IMG/VR virus record: IMGVR_UViG_3300044700_000345
Span: 16,983 to 80,982 of that record
Source of the DNA: a virus
Reading direction: 5' to 3' (one strand)
DNA length: 64,000 nucleotides
The stretch's first letter is position 1. The number at the start of each line of letters is the position of its first letter. Shown piece by piece: positions 47,206-55,538 of the stretch. The notes below the pieces were generated by a model. It saw only the letters and a program-made list of their open reading frames with translations. It ran no database searches and was not told where the DNA came from. A program made the translations under genes and the position numbers.

Positions 47206-47919
47206 ATGACTCAACTAACTCACGCCAACTTGCCTAAGTTAAATGTATTAAAACTTTACGAACATTATGCTGCCCTGGAACGTAGTCTTCCTTTGCTTGA
47301 TCCTGCATCCGAGGAGTTGGCAAAAGCAGAGCTTGAAGCTTGTGCCAACCTACGCTCAGAAAAGATTGATCGTATCTATTACGCAATCTCTTCCCATGAG
47401 GATGCCTTGGAGCGTGTCAAGAAAGAAGGTGAGCTACTCACGGAAGCCAAGCGCCATCACGACTCCCAACTGCGAAGCCTCAAGGGGTTGCTAGGTTGGT
47501 TGCGTCGGTCCCTGCCAGTAGATCACAACAAGATTACAGGGCGCAACTATCAGTTCACCCTGGTACCAAAGAAGAATCTGACAGTGGAGGTAACGTCAGA
47601 CATCAATGCCTGGGATCCTGAAGAGCAACAAAAGTTTGGTATGATTCAAGAAGTTACCACAACAACACAAACTGTGGTACGTTCTATAGATGGGACAATC
47701 CTTGAAGAAAAGGTTGTTCCTAAAACCAAAACTGAACTGTTACCTAACCTTGACAACATCATCAACGCCTACCAAGCAAATGAACAACTACCAAGCGGAA
47801 TCAAAATCAGTCAAGAATATGCGGTCCGTTCCAAGCGAATCCTCACTGAACGCAAAATGGAACTGGACTCATCCGAATATTTCGGAGACGTTCTACCTGA
47901 AGCTGGAGCCACCGATTAA
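47206..47919 (+). CDS. Siphovirus Gp157-like protein
   Basis: 'LKLYE...EKIDRI...VKKEGELL...LKGLL...KITG..YQFTL...LPSGIKI' pattern. Confidence 0.6.
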   Translation: MTQLTHANLPKLNVLKLYEHYAALERSLPLLDPASEELAKAELEACANLRSEKIDRIYYAISSHEDALERVKKEGELLTEAKRHHDSQLRSLKGLLGWLRRSLPVDHNKITGRNYQFTLVPKKNLTVEVTSDINAWDPEEQQKFGMIQEVTTTTQTVVRSIDGTILEEKVVPKTKTELLPNLDNIINAYQANEQLPSGIKISQEYAVRSKRILTERKMELDSSEYFGDVLPEAGATD

Positions 47920-48160
47920 TCTTGATGATGCACATGTGCGAATGGTATGTCATCAACATTCGGTTGATGACTTTCAATTGCAAATTGATATGTGTTCATT
48001 AGAGCTGTCCATGTTGTGTGGTGATGATGAGGTAGCGCCTTATCAGGTCAAACAGATGGATGACCTTGAGGGTAAAAAGCTCAAGCTAATGGCAGGCAAA
48101 CGCTTCCATACAAATGCCAAGAATGCCTATTGGTATTATGGTATTAAAGCTGATAAGTAA
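47690..48160 (+). CDS. Hypothetical protein (start uncertain; overlaps Gp157-like gene)
   Basis: C-terminal helical region lies outside the overlap. Confidence 0.45.
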   Translation: MGQSLKKRLFLKPKLNCYLTLTTSSTPTKQMNNYQAESKSVKNMRSVPSESSLNAKWNWTHPNISETFYLKLEPPINLDDAHVRMVCHQHSVDDFQLQIDMCSLELSMLCGDDEVAPYQVKQMDDLEGKKLKLMAGKRFHTNAKNAYWYYGIKADK

Positions 48161-48194
48161 CTCAGTTTATACTGAATAAAAGACAAGGGGTACC

Positions 48195-48458
48195 ATGGCA
48201 GTAGAAGATCGCTTGACTCAAATGATGGCGAACTTTACAGCGGAAGGTACCCCTCTTTCTGCCATAATAGGTAACCGTTTGGAATGGCAGGCTACTATCC
48301 TTACGGCAGGTATGTTATCTAATAGTAATTTAGCAGCTAGCATGGATGCAGAAGAGATGGTAGATGCAGCAATTAGTTACGCAACAATCATTCAAAAACG
48401 TTTAGGCCATTACCAAAGCAATCAAGTGCATTCATTAGAAAGATTAATGGAAAGTTAA
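48195..48458 (+). CDS. Hypothetical protein
   Basis: 87 aa, TATACT box upstream. Confidence 0.6.
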   Translation: MAVEDRLTQMMANFTAEGTPLSAIIGNRLEWQATILTAGMLSNSNLAASMDAEEMVDAAISYATIIQKRLGHYQSNQVHSLERLMES

Positions 48459-48532
48459 GTATCTACTCATAAAAAGGGTAGTGCAACCCACAGTTGAAGT
48501 AGTGTAGAATTTGCACAGCTTCATTAAACATC

Positions 48533-48751
48533 ATGGCAAACGTTCAAGAAAAGACGGCTTCTCTTTTTAGTGAGCTTGAGGCTGCTGTTGAGAAGTATAA
48601 TCAAGCACTTGGTATTGTAAATAGTACCAAGGAGCAAATCATTTCTCTTCAAGGAGCGCTTACTGCATTGCGTGAGCTAGCCGAAGAGGACAACATCGAA
48701 GCTGCTAATGCAATTGTTGATGCTTCTTGCTCGGTAAAAAGCAACCTATAA
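48533..48751 (+). CDS. Coiled-coil small protein
   Basis: TGTAGAAT box upstream; followed by long terminator-like hairpin at about 48786-48838. Confidence 0.55.
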   Translation: MANVQEKTASLFSELEAAVEKYNQALGIVNSTKEQIISLQGALTALRELAEEDNIEAANAIVDASCSVKSNL

Positions 48752-48843
48752 CTCTCCTTTTTAGAAACGTAACACAACTTATAACTCCCTCTGGACTGGC
48801 AGATCAAAAACCTGCTAGTCTAAGGGGGTCTTTCTTTTGTGTA

Positions 48844-49047
48844 ATGGATCCCGTTCCCGTTCCAGTCGTCAGGGTTTCTTTTGCTGTTGATATTGAGATT
48901 CAATACGACCCATTCAAGGGGCGTACACCAGAAGAAACTGCCGGATTATTAGAAGAATCCGTAAATGACATTTTGTTTGAAGCACATCCCCATGTGCTAT
49001 CAACTTCTGCTCAAGTCACCAACATTGAGGTACTAGGTAATGCCTGA
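48844..49047 (+). CDS. Hypothetical protein
   Basis: MDPVPVPVVRVSF... Confidence 0.5.
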   Translation: MDPVPVPVVRVSFAVDIEIQYDPFKGRTPEETAGLLEESVNDILFEAHPHVLSTSAQVTNIEVLGNA

Positions 49048-49279
49048 GATTAATTTTAGTTACGAAACAATTCTTCACAATTGGGACGCTAAAAAAGAAC
49101 AACAGAAGGCCGACTTTATTGAGCATGTCTACCAGTGCTACCAACCAGGTAACCATTGTTATACAGGATTGTGGGAACGTTTTTGTAGGGAGGAAGCTGG
49201 TCCTTACTGCAGAGATATTCACTTTGAACGGAAGGAAGCTCTTGAACAATTCCTGAAGGAAACGGAAAATGCCCACTGA
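49040..49279 (+). CDS. Hypothetical protein
   Basis: 'FIEHVYQCY...YTGLWERF'. Confidence 0.55.
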   Translation: MPEINFSYETILHNWDAKKEQQKADFIEHVYQCYQPGNHCYTGLWERFCREEAGPYCRDIHFERKEALEQFLKETENAH

Positions 49280-49520
49280 TTTACTTTACTATCACACCCT
49301 TTCTAAAACAAATCCTAACCTTGTGACTGATCTTTCTCCCAAAGAAAAAGCTACTAACTATTTTGCAGATATTATTTGTGAATTCAGTGAGCAGTTAACA
49401 CCTTGTGAGGTGTGTAAATGTTTAAATGATGCAATAGAAAAACATTGCCAATACACTAAAAAAGAATATGATTCGGCTTTTGAGCTGCGTAGATTGTTTA
49501 CAGGTCTTAAAAATGGCTAA
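49269..49520 (+). CDS. Hypothetical protein
   Basis: 83-aa coupled ORF. Confidence 0.5.
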   Translation: MPTDLLYYHTLSKTNPNLVTDLSPKEKATNYFADIICEFSEQLTPCEVCKCLNDAIEKHCQYTKKEYDSAFELRRLFTGLKNG

Positions 49521-49731
49521 GCCCTACCCTGCATGGATATGTAATGACTGTGGCCCCAGGCTAGGCAAGTGGTTTGCTACAAGTGCATACACTGGCCCCA
49601 AGGGGCATTGCGCTACTATGCATTACGATACCTGTGATGTATGCGGTAAACATGATGTCCCGTGCACTGAGCCACGGGACTATGGTCATCTTGTAGATGA
49701 TTGGGATTTAATTGCCAGGGGTAATCCCTAG
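49513..49731 (+). CDS. Zn-finger small protein
   Basis: 'YPAWICNDCG...CDVCG...TEPRDYGHL'. Confidence 0.6.
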   Translation: MAKPYPAWICNDCGPRLGKWFATSAYTGPKGHCATMHYDTCDVCGKHDVPCTEPRDYGHLVDDWDLIARGNP

Positions 49732-50009
49732 GCAAACACCCGACACGGCTGCTTTGGTGCCACCACAAACTCCTCCCATTTGGACGGCAGGTCCCCGCTA
49801 TAGTTGACGTGGAACCCCGCCAGTACCGTGGGCGCAACGATCACATCGCTGGTCTCGGGGTCGTACTCACCGCCACGGGTGATGGTGCCAACCACGTCGA
49901 TCGCACGGTCATGCGTGTAGGCAACGAGGGTGTCGTCGGCCATGAACCCAGCCTCAGACGCAGCAGCGGTCCAGGTGTCAGCGTCGGGGAATCGTAGGAA
50001 CTGCGTCAT
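49728..50009 (-). CDS. Fibre-associated (chaperone-like) protein
   Basis: 'IDVVGTI...GFHVN...P.RVFA', a pattern typically found just after fibre genes. Confidence 0.6.
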   Translation of the reverse strand: MTQFLRFPDADTWTAAASEAGFMADDTLVAYTHDRAIDVVGTITRGGEYDPETSDVIVAPTVLAGFHVNYSGDLPSKWEEFVVAPKQPCRVFA

Positions 50010-51310
50010 GGCTGCGTGATGGAAACTAGAGTGGGGTTTGGCAATCTGACGGGCCAGTAGGTTAGGCGCTTGATGGTGCCCGTTAAGGCTGTGCCAATAG
50101 TTACTTGCGAAACAGGGGGAACAGTTACTGATGTATCAGTTCCTAGAATAGTCGCTCCGTAAACGGCAGATGTGTTGTTTTCTGCGACGCCAAAGGCTGC
50201 TTTGATGGGAACGTTGAGTGTTGGCGCACCACCATAAATCTGCACTTGCGATACTGAGCCGGTGGTTACCTCAAAAGTGCTGCTGTTACTTGCGGCGTCC
50301 CAATAAGAGAACCAGCGGTTAGCGGTAGTGTTATCGCTAAACCTAAATCTGTCAGGAAAACTTGTAGTTGTTGCCCTACTACCTTCCCAATAAACAGTCC
50401 CCTCCGTCTGGTTGTAGAACGAGCTAAACGCAGTCCCGGTAATGCTCGCCAGATCAGCAGCGCGGGTGGCGGTTGCGGTTGTGGTGGGGATGTAGGAGGT
50501 GGGGAAAGATCCGGCTTCTAGTTGGGCGCCCCAGATGAACAGTCCTTTAGTAACATCACCAGCGTAAGATCTGGCAAAACTACTATCAATAATAAAATTG
50601 CTCATTCGTGACGAAGAACCCGACGCACATGTGTTAGTCGCCGAACACTTATACCAATCATTTCCATAGGCTTGGATGCTAGCGGTTACGCCAGCATCAG
50701 AACCTTGAACCGAACCGCTGCCAGAAAGGTTAAAGCGGGCAAATCTGTCTGTAAAAATACCAGTGGGGTAACCAATCTCAAAATTTCTACCACCAATGCT
50801 TTTGACAAAAACGGAGTATGTATAGACTGTGCTCGTAACGAAAGTGAAGGGGGGACTATCTTGAACGTGCAAGCCAGTTACTGCCGTTTCTAAATATTGA
50901 TCAGCCGTTAAAGCGCCATTCGGTGCAGTCGTTTGGTTTTGCGACAGGGTGACGTTTGTCGGTGTCAACCATTGGCTAGTGTCCTCCGAATAAATCAAGC
51001 CATTTGTCCTAGCCTCCTCCACCAACAACCCAAGGCTTTCACCCGTGGTCGGGTTGTGGTCGAAGCGTGCCTCGTTGGTGGTGGCCGTCTTCAACAACCC
51101 ATCACTGCCGACGAACGTGCCGGTGCTGGCGCGGGTGAAGGTGACAAGACTGGCGCCAGTTTTGGCATCAGTCAATGATTTATTCTCAGCAAAACGTAAG
51201 TCCAAACTCGGAACAGCACGTGCATTTTTCCACAACGAATTGGCTACCCATGGACCTGCAAGGGCACCACCGGGTACAATACTTGTGCGAAATGCTCCAG
51301 TGCCGCGCAT
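50006..51310 (-). CDS. Tail/head fibre protein with carbohydrate-binding-like domains
   Basis: 'PSLDLRF...TFTRAST...GLLVEEARTN...GAQLEAGSFPTSYIPT...TRAAD'. Confidence 0.75.
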   Translation of the reverse strand: MRGTGAFRTSIVPGGALAGPWVANSLWKNARAVPSLDLRFAENKSLTDAKTGASLVTFTRASTGTFVGSDGLLKTATTNEARFDHNPTTGESLGLLVEEARTNGLIYSEDTSQWLTPTNVTLSQNQTTAPNGALTADQYLETAVTGLHVQDSPPFTFVTSTVYTYSVFVKSIGGRNFEIGYPTGIFTDRFARFNLSGSGSVQGSDAGVTASIQAYGNDWYKCSATNTCASGSSSRMSNFIIDSSFARSYAGDVTKGLFIWGAQLEAGSFPTSYIPTTTATATRAADLASITGTAFSSFYNQTEGTVYWEGSRATTTSFPDRFRFSDNTTANRWFSYWDAASNSSTFEVTTGSVSQVQIYGGAPTLNVPIKAAFGVAENNTSAVYGATILGTDTSVTVPPVSQVTIGTALTGTIKRLTYWPVRLPNPTLVSITQP

Positions 51311-51930
51311 CAGAGTCCTGCCTCTAAAGTTAATATTGCTAAATCAAATGTAATAGCAGATGCAGGAGTAAAAGCTCCCTTAGTTTCAATTTCAATAAAT
51401 AAACTTGTACTACTTGCTGCTAATTTTACTAACCTGCCGGGATAATCAGTTTGCGTGTAAATTGAACTGCCAAAATCTTGTGGTGCAGGCAGATCAACAT
51501 AACCTAAATACTTGCCATGGTCAGCAGTTAGAAGATCAAATGCTGCGTTATCGGCAATAGCAGTGGGGCTTGCGTTGTAAAAATGTATTCTGAATGAAGC
51601 CATTCCTGATGGCACCGAAGTATCATGCGTTACCATTGCAATTGATTGTATTAAAACATAGCCTCCGCTAGGTCCTGCTGTAGTCAATGTATGTATTGCT
51701 GATCCACCAGTTGCGCCAACTACATCGCCTGCGGTATAAGCAGTAGTATTGCTAGGACGGTTAAAAGCAACGGTGCTTCGATAGGCTTTACCATCAACTG
51801 TTAAACTACTTGTATTGTCATTGACAGAAAGAGAAGTACCACTAATAGTGGAAACTGCAATAGGAACTCCACTAACGGTACCAACTTTAATTACTTCATA
51901 TAACTGAGAATTTTCTTTGACTAACGGCAT
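51310..51930 (-). CDS. Putative structural protein
   Basis: 'RPSNTTAYTAGDVVG' beta-rich domain, upstream of the fibre gene. Confidence 0.55.
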   Translation of the reverse strand: MPLVKENSQLYEVIKVGTVSGVPIAVSTISGTSLSVNDNTSSLTVDGKAYRSTVAFNRPSNTTAYTAGDVVGATGGSAIHTLTTAGPSGGYVLIQSIAMVTHDTSVPSGMASFRIHFYNASPTAIADNAAFDLLTADHGKYLGYVDLPAPQDFGSSIYTQTDYPGRLVKLAASSTSLFIEIETKGAFTPASAITFDLAILTLEAGL

Positions 51931-52052
51931 GATACTTGACTCTTTTTTTAATTCTAACAGAAGTTGATCAGAATTAAAAACTTGTTGCTTTGACCTTCTG
52001 CATAGAATTATTGCTGCATTTCACCTTATAATAGAAGTACAGCAAGAAAATT

Positions 52053-52610
52053 ATGCAAAGCACTGGTTACCAACAGATGCCTTCAGTTCCTGTGATGCAA
52101 GTAGAGCAGCTGTTGCCGCAAGCACAGGATAAACCTAAGGCTCCCGCTAAGTCAAAAGCTGGTGGTGATGTTGGTGCATTTATTCAGCAATTGATTGGGC
52201 TGTCTGCTTACGTTAAAGAACTTGAAACTCAATCTCATTTGATCCATTTAAACATAGAGTGTGCAAACTTCCTCAGTATCCATGCATTTTTAAAAGATCA
52301 ATACGAAGCACACCTAGAACAATTTGATACCATCGGTGAGTTTGTTAGGTCAATGGATTATCTTATGCCACTTTGTGGTTGCAAGTTAAAAGATATGGCG
52401 CCTCCCATGCAAGAAGTTACTTCTTACGAATGGAAAGGAATGCTTGGAGTGTACTATAAAAACCTAGAAGATCTTGGCATGCAAGCCAAAAAGTTAGAAG
52501 GCATGGCCCAAAAAGTACATGCTATTGACATCCAAAACTACATGGCTGATCTTGTGGGTCAAGCATTTAAATCCGCTTGGTTTGTTAAATCAATTTTGCG
52601 GCATCCTTAA
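52053..52610 (+). CDS. dps: Dps/ferritin-like protein
   Basis: 'HLIHLNI...FLSIH...QYE...D.IGE..R' ferroxidase pattern; C-terminal 'KSAWFV'. Confidence 0.8.
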   Translation: MQSTGYQQMPSVPVMQVEQLLPQAQDKPKAPAKSKAGGDVGAFIQQLIGLSAYVKELETQSHLIHLNIECANFLSIHAFLKDQYEAHLEQFDTIGEFVRSMDYLMPLCGCKLKDMAPPMQEVTSYEWKGMLGVYYKNLEDLGMQAKKLEGMAQKVHAIDIQNYMADLVGQAFKSAWFVKSILRHP

Positions 52611-53046
52611 GATAAGTAATTGCAGATTCAAAAAACTTAATATTATCGTTAAGCATTCCTAGCGCAGTGTTGCATTTTTTGCATAACAATCCCCGAACTG
52701 CATTTGTTTTGTGACAATGATCAACAGATAAACTTTGCCCGGATACACATTTTTTTTCACAAATTTTGCACGTTCTATTTTGTTGGTTAAACATATCTAG
52801 ATACATTTCAGGAGTCACCCCATATCTTTTAATCCACCTGGCGTGTTTTTTCTTGTCATCCAATTTGTTCCAGTGTTTTAAACTAGCTTTTCTGTAAATT
52901 TCAGGATTTTTTTTGCGATACTCTGCAGTAATTTGACCAACGCATGTTTTGCATTTAGCTTGCTTGCCATCCTTAACTCTTGATTCAGCGTAAAATTCTG
53001 AAAGATTTTTAAGTTGTTTGCATACAGTGCAGGTTTTCGAAATCAT
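52585..53046 (-). CDS. Endonuclease VII-like HNH homing endonuclease
   Basis: 'CKIC...LSVDHCH...VRGLLCKKCNTALG'. Confidence 0.9.
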   Translation of the reverse strand: MISKTCTVCKQLKNLSEFYAESRVKDGKQAKCKTCVGQITAEYRKKNPEIYRKASLKHWNKLDDKKKHARWIKRYGVTPEMYLDMFNQQNRTCKICEKKCVSGQSLSVDHCHKTNAVRGLLCKKCNTALGMLNDNIKFFESAITYLKDAAKLI

Positions 53047-53200
53047 TGTTTTATTTTAATTACGAATAAATACTAGCACATGGTTAAGTGAACGGGGCTG
53101 GTTTTACCTAAAAACAAATCAACTCCTAAGTTACTTCAAATTAGGAGCAAATTAGAAGTTGGTGAGGGGCAGGGCCTAGTTTATGGGCGACCCTTGTCGT

Positions 53201-53935
53201 TTAAGATTCGAGGCCTGCGAGATCCCCCTCGTTACCAATTTTCATTTTTGTGTGTTTTTGCGATTCACTGAAAAAACGTTGCCACGCCTCTGATGGTGGT
53301 TTAAGTGAAGAGATAAGAGTTGTTTCGTACAAGAAGTGATTGGACGTTTCAATCATACGTGAATTTTCAACACTGTACTCAGTCAGGTCAATCTCGTAAC
53401 CGGGATTTTTTTCAATCCTGTTCTTAAGCCAGGCATCATCGTACCAAATGATTCGGTTGTTGGGGTAGGCGTAGAAATTGCCATCATCCATTCGGAAAAA
53501 GTGCGCACATTTGTGCTCAGGTGTCTCACTGAAATTGGTATTAAGAATTGACTTGGATTCCCAGGACCAATCCATTGTGAACATATAGATGCCACCATTC
53601 TTTTCACCTTTGAAATTGATTAATTGTGCACGTAAATTTGAAAGGCGTGCCCTGACTTGTACATCAATATACGGAGAGAAACAATCCCACCACATACAAT
53701 CATTTAGTTCTGGCTTAGGTGCATCTGGTTTCCAGCAAAGAGCATGGATGGGACGCCTTGTCCAGTTGACACCATTCTCCAGGAACACTTCAAACAGTGG
53801 TACGTGTTTCTCTAGGGATGCAACAGAATGTACGTCACATAACGTTACATCACCGTGCCCTTGCTTGTGGTTGTATAGGAATTCGTTTCGGATGTAGCAA
53901 GTAAATGTAGGTAGGTTGTGATTTAAATAGCTCAT
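53201..53935 (-). CDS. Conserved phage hypothetical protein
   Basis: 'YIRNEFLY...WWDCFS...EHKCAH...AYPNNRI'. Confidence 0.7.
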   Translation of the reverse strand: MSYLNHNLPTFTCYIRNEFLYNHKQGHGDVTLCDVHSVASLEKHVPLFEVFLENGVNWTRRPIHALCWKPDAPKPELNDCMWWDCFSPYIDVQVRARLSNLRAQLINFKGEKNGGIYMFTMDWSWESKSILNTNFSETPEHKCAHFFRMDDGNFYAYPNNRIIWYDDAWLKNRIEKNPGYEIDLTEYSVENSRMIETSNHFLYETTLISSLKPPSEAWQRFFSESQKHTKMKIGNEGDLAGLES

Positions 53936-53993
53936 TTGATTTGCTGGTGTCTGCTCACTATAAAGTATCTAGCAGGCTACAGGGATATAAGAG

Positions 53994-54203
53994 CTACTTA
54001 TCTTTGTGCCGCTTAGCTGCACGGGCTGCCTTGCCTGCTTTCTTTGCTGTCTCTGTGTTAGGTACAAATTGTTTTCCTTGTTTGCTGCCAGTGCGTTTCT
54101 TTTGGTCGGTCTCTTCTCTTTCCTCTTTGGATAGAGAAGCCCACGCTTTTTCGGGCAGGTAACGTTTTGTGTATCCGTCTTGGATTGCTTTATCACTTGC
54201 CAT
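53994..54203 (-). CDS. DUF5872-like C-terminal half (small basic protein)
   Basis: 'RYLPEKAWASLS...KKRTGSKQGKQFVPNT'. Confidence 0.65.
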   Translation of the reverse strand: MASDKAIQDGYTKRYLPEKAWASLSKEEREETDQKKRTGSKQGKQFVPNTETAKKAGKAARAAKRHKDK

Positions 54204-54500
54204 CTTGATATCTCTTGGCTGCTGATTTAGCTTTAGAACGTTTTTCGTATTCGTCTTTGGTTTGCCACTTTTCTTTGTCCCATTTTTCTAGTGATTTTTG
54301 CCCCTCACCTTTGCCACCTTTATATCCTCCACCGGCTTCTTTGTATTCTTGTGCTACGAGTTGAGCCTTGCGGGCCGAATTAGTTAGCCTCCCGGCTACG
54401 ACCATTCTCCTGGTTTACCACCACGGCTTTCACGCATTACACGATTTTTAATGCGTTCCCGCAATTCAGGTTTTGTGTACTTGGTTTTATCTTCAGCCAT
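54193..54500 (-). CDS. DUF5872-like N-terminal protein interrupted by a 23-nt insert (54376-54398); 94 aa if bypassed
   Basis: MAEDKTKYTKPELRERIK...GGKPGEWS [TAG...TCG] ARKAQLVAQEYKEAGGGYKG...; GAGG SD upstream. Confidence 0.75.
54376..54401 (-). other. Candidate translational-bypass (byp-like) element
   Basis: TCG|TAGCC-GGGA-GGCTA-ACTAAT|TCG: matched codons, stop, GNRA hairpin, GGAGG 9 nt before the second TCG. Confidence 0.55.
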
Positions 54501-55101
54501 AGCTTCCTCGTTGTTTAAGGTAAAGAACTGCACTTGTCAGTACTTCTATATTATCACCGAACAAGCCCAAGGCCCTGTTGCATTCTTTGCAAAGCAAGCC
54601 ACGGAACTCGTTTGTTGCGTGATTGTGGTCCATTGCTAGATCGTGGGTGTCTTTAGGCGGGCTTTTGCAAATAGCGCATTTACCTTCTTGCACTTTAAAC
54701 ACCTGTTCATATTGTTCTTTTGTAATTCCTCTGCGTTCATATTTTTTACAAGAATGGTGCAACTTGTTTTGACCTTGTTTCTTAACCGCAAGGTAATGTT
54801 CTTTATTGTTTTCTACCCATTTGTCCCATTTGATTTTGTTACATGATTTACATGAAGAATGTAAATATAAGTTGCCATCCTGTTTTCTTCTTCTAAAGCA
54901 ATCCCAATTCAAATAGTGAGCACATTTAGAACATTGTTTTTGACCCTCGGCTCCATATAAAAGTTTGAAGCGGCAATTTACCAAGGACCTGCAATCTTTG
55001 CAAACACTGTCTCTTTTTGTATTGCCAGCTGAAGTGTGCCCTTTGTTGTGAAAATTTTCATGTAGTTTTCTGATTCCGCACTCACGGCAGAGTTTTTGCA
55101 T
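54493..55101 (-). CDS. Endonuclease VII-like HNH homing endonuclease with two N-terminal Zn fingers
   Basis: 'CAIC...LAMDHNH...FRGLLCKECNRALG'. Confidence 0.9.
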   Translation of the reverse strand: MQKLCRECGIRKLHENFHNKGHTSAGNTKRDSVCKDCRSLVNCRFKLLYGAEGQKQCSKCAHYLNWDCFRRRKQDGNLYLHSSCKSCNKIKWDKWVENNKEHYLAVKKQGQNKLHHSCKKYERRGITKEQYEQVFKVQEGKCAICKSPPKDTHDLAMDHNHATNEFRGLLCKECNRALGLFGDNIEVLTSAVLYLKQRGSYG

Positions 55102-55108
55102 TGGGTTG

Positions 55109-55135
55109 TCTGTGCTTTTCTTACAATAGCACAGA
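55109..55135 (-). promoter_or_regulatory. Hairpin/promoter in front of the HNH gene, derived from target-gene sequence
   Basis: TCTGTGCT/AGCACAGA 8-bp stem containing a TGcTATTGT extended -10 and remnant codons AGA AAA GCA CAG (RKAQ). Confidence 0.55.
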
Positions 55136-55136
55136 A

Positions 55137-55235
55137 TTATTGACCCGGCTTACCCACCTTAGATCCTGCCATCACGCGATCTTTAATGTTCTCGCGTACT
55201 TCAGGCTTAGTGTATTTAGTCTTTTCCTCTGACAT
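55137..55235 (-). pseudogene. Truncated 5' duplicate of the DUF5872-like gene
   Basis: MSEEKTKYTKPEVRENIKDRVMAGSKVGKPGQ* vs MAEDKTKYTKPELRERIKNRVMRESRGGKPGEW. Confidence 0.8.
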
Positions 55236-55489
55236 TATTTATACAACCCCATTCGACGAGCTTCGTCAAGTGTTCCCGGAGCAGTTGCTCCTGCATTTAT
55301 TGTTGTAAGACCAACAGCAGGTAAAGATAAATAAGGTGTTCCAAATAAATACCCGGCAACTTGATTTACTGGGTCTTGGGTTGAAGATGCAAAACCATGC
55401 CCTAAACCAATTTTAGCTGCTTCATTTAGTCCCCCTGGGATAGGTCCAGGTTGACGCATAAATTTGCCGGCTAATTGAAATAGATTCAT
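55235..55489 (-). CDS. LAGKF-motif protein
   Basis: MNLFQLAGKFM...; TAAAAT box upstream. Confidence 0.55.
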   Translation of the reverse strand: MNLFQLAGKFMRQPGPIPGGLNEAAKIGLGHGFASSTQDPVNQVAGYLFGTPYLSLPAVGLTTINAGATAPGTLDEARRMGLYK

Positions 55490-55538
55490 TTTGAAATTAT
55501 TTCTTTCTTTTATTTTACTTGGTATTGTCGTTACATAA

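Noticed and set aside
54376-54398. Self-splicing intron explanation for the 23-nt insert
   Set aside because: Far too short for a group I or II ribozyme core; enzyme-mediated excision is not excluded and needs RT-PCR
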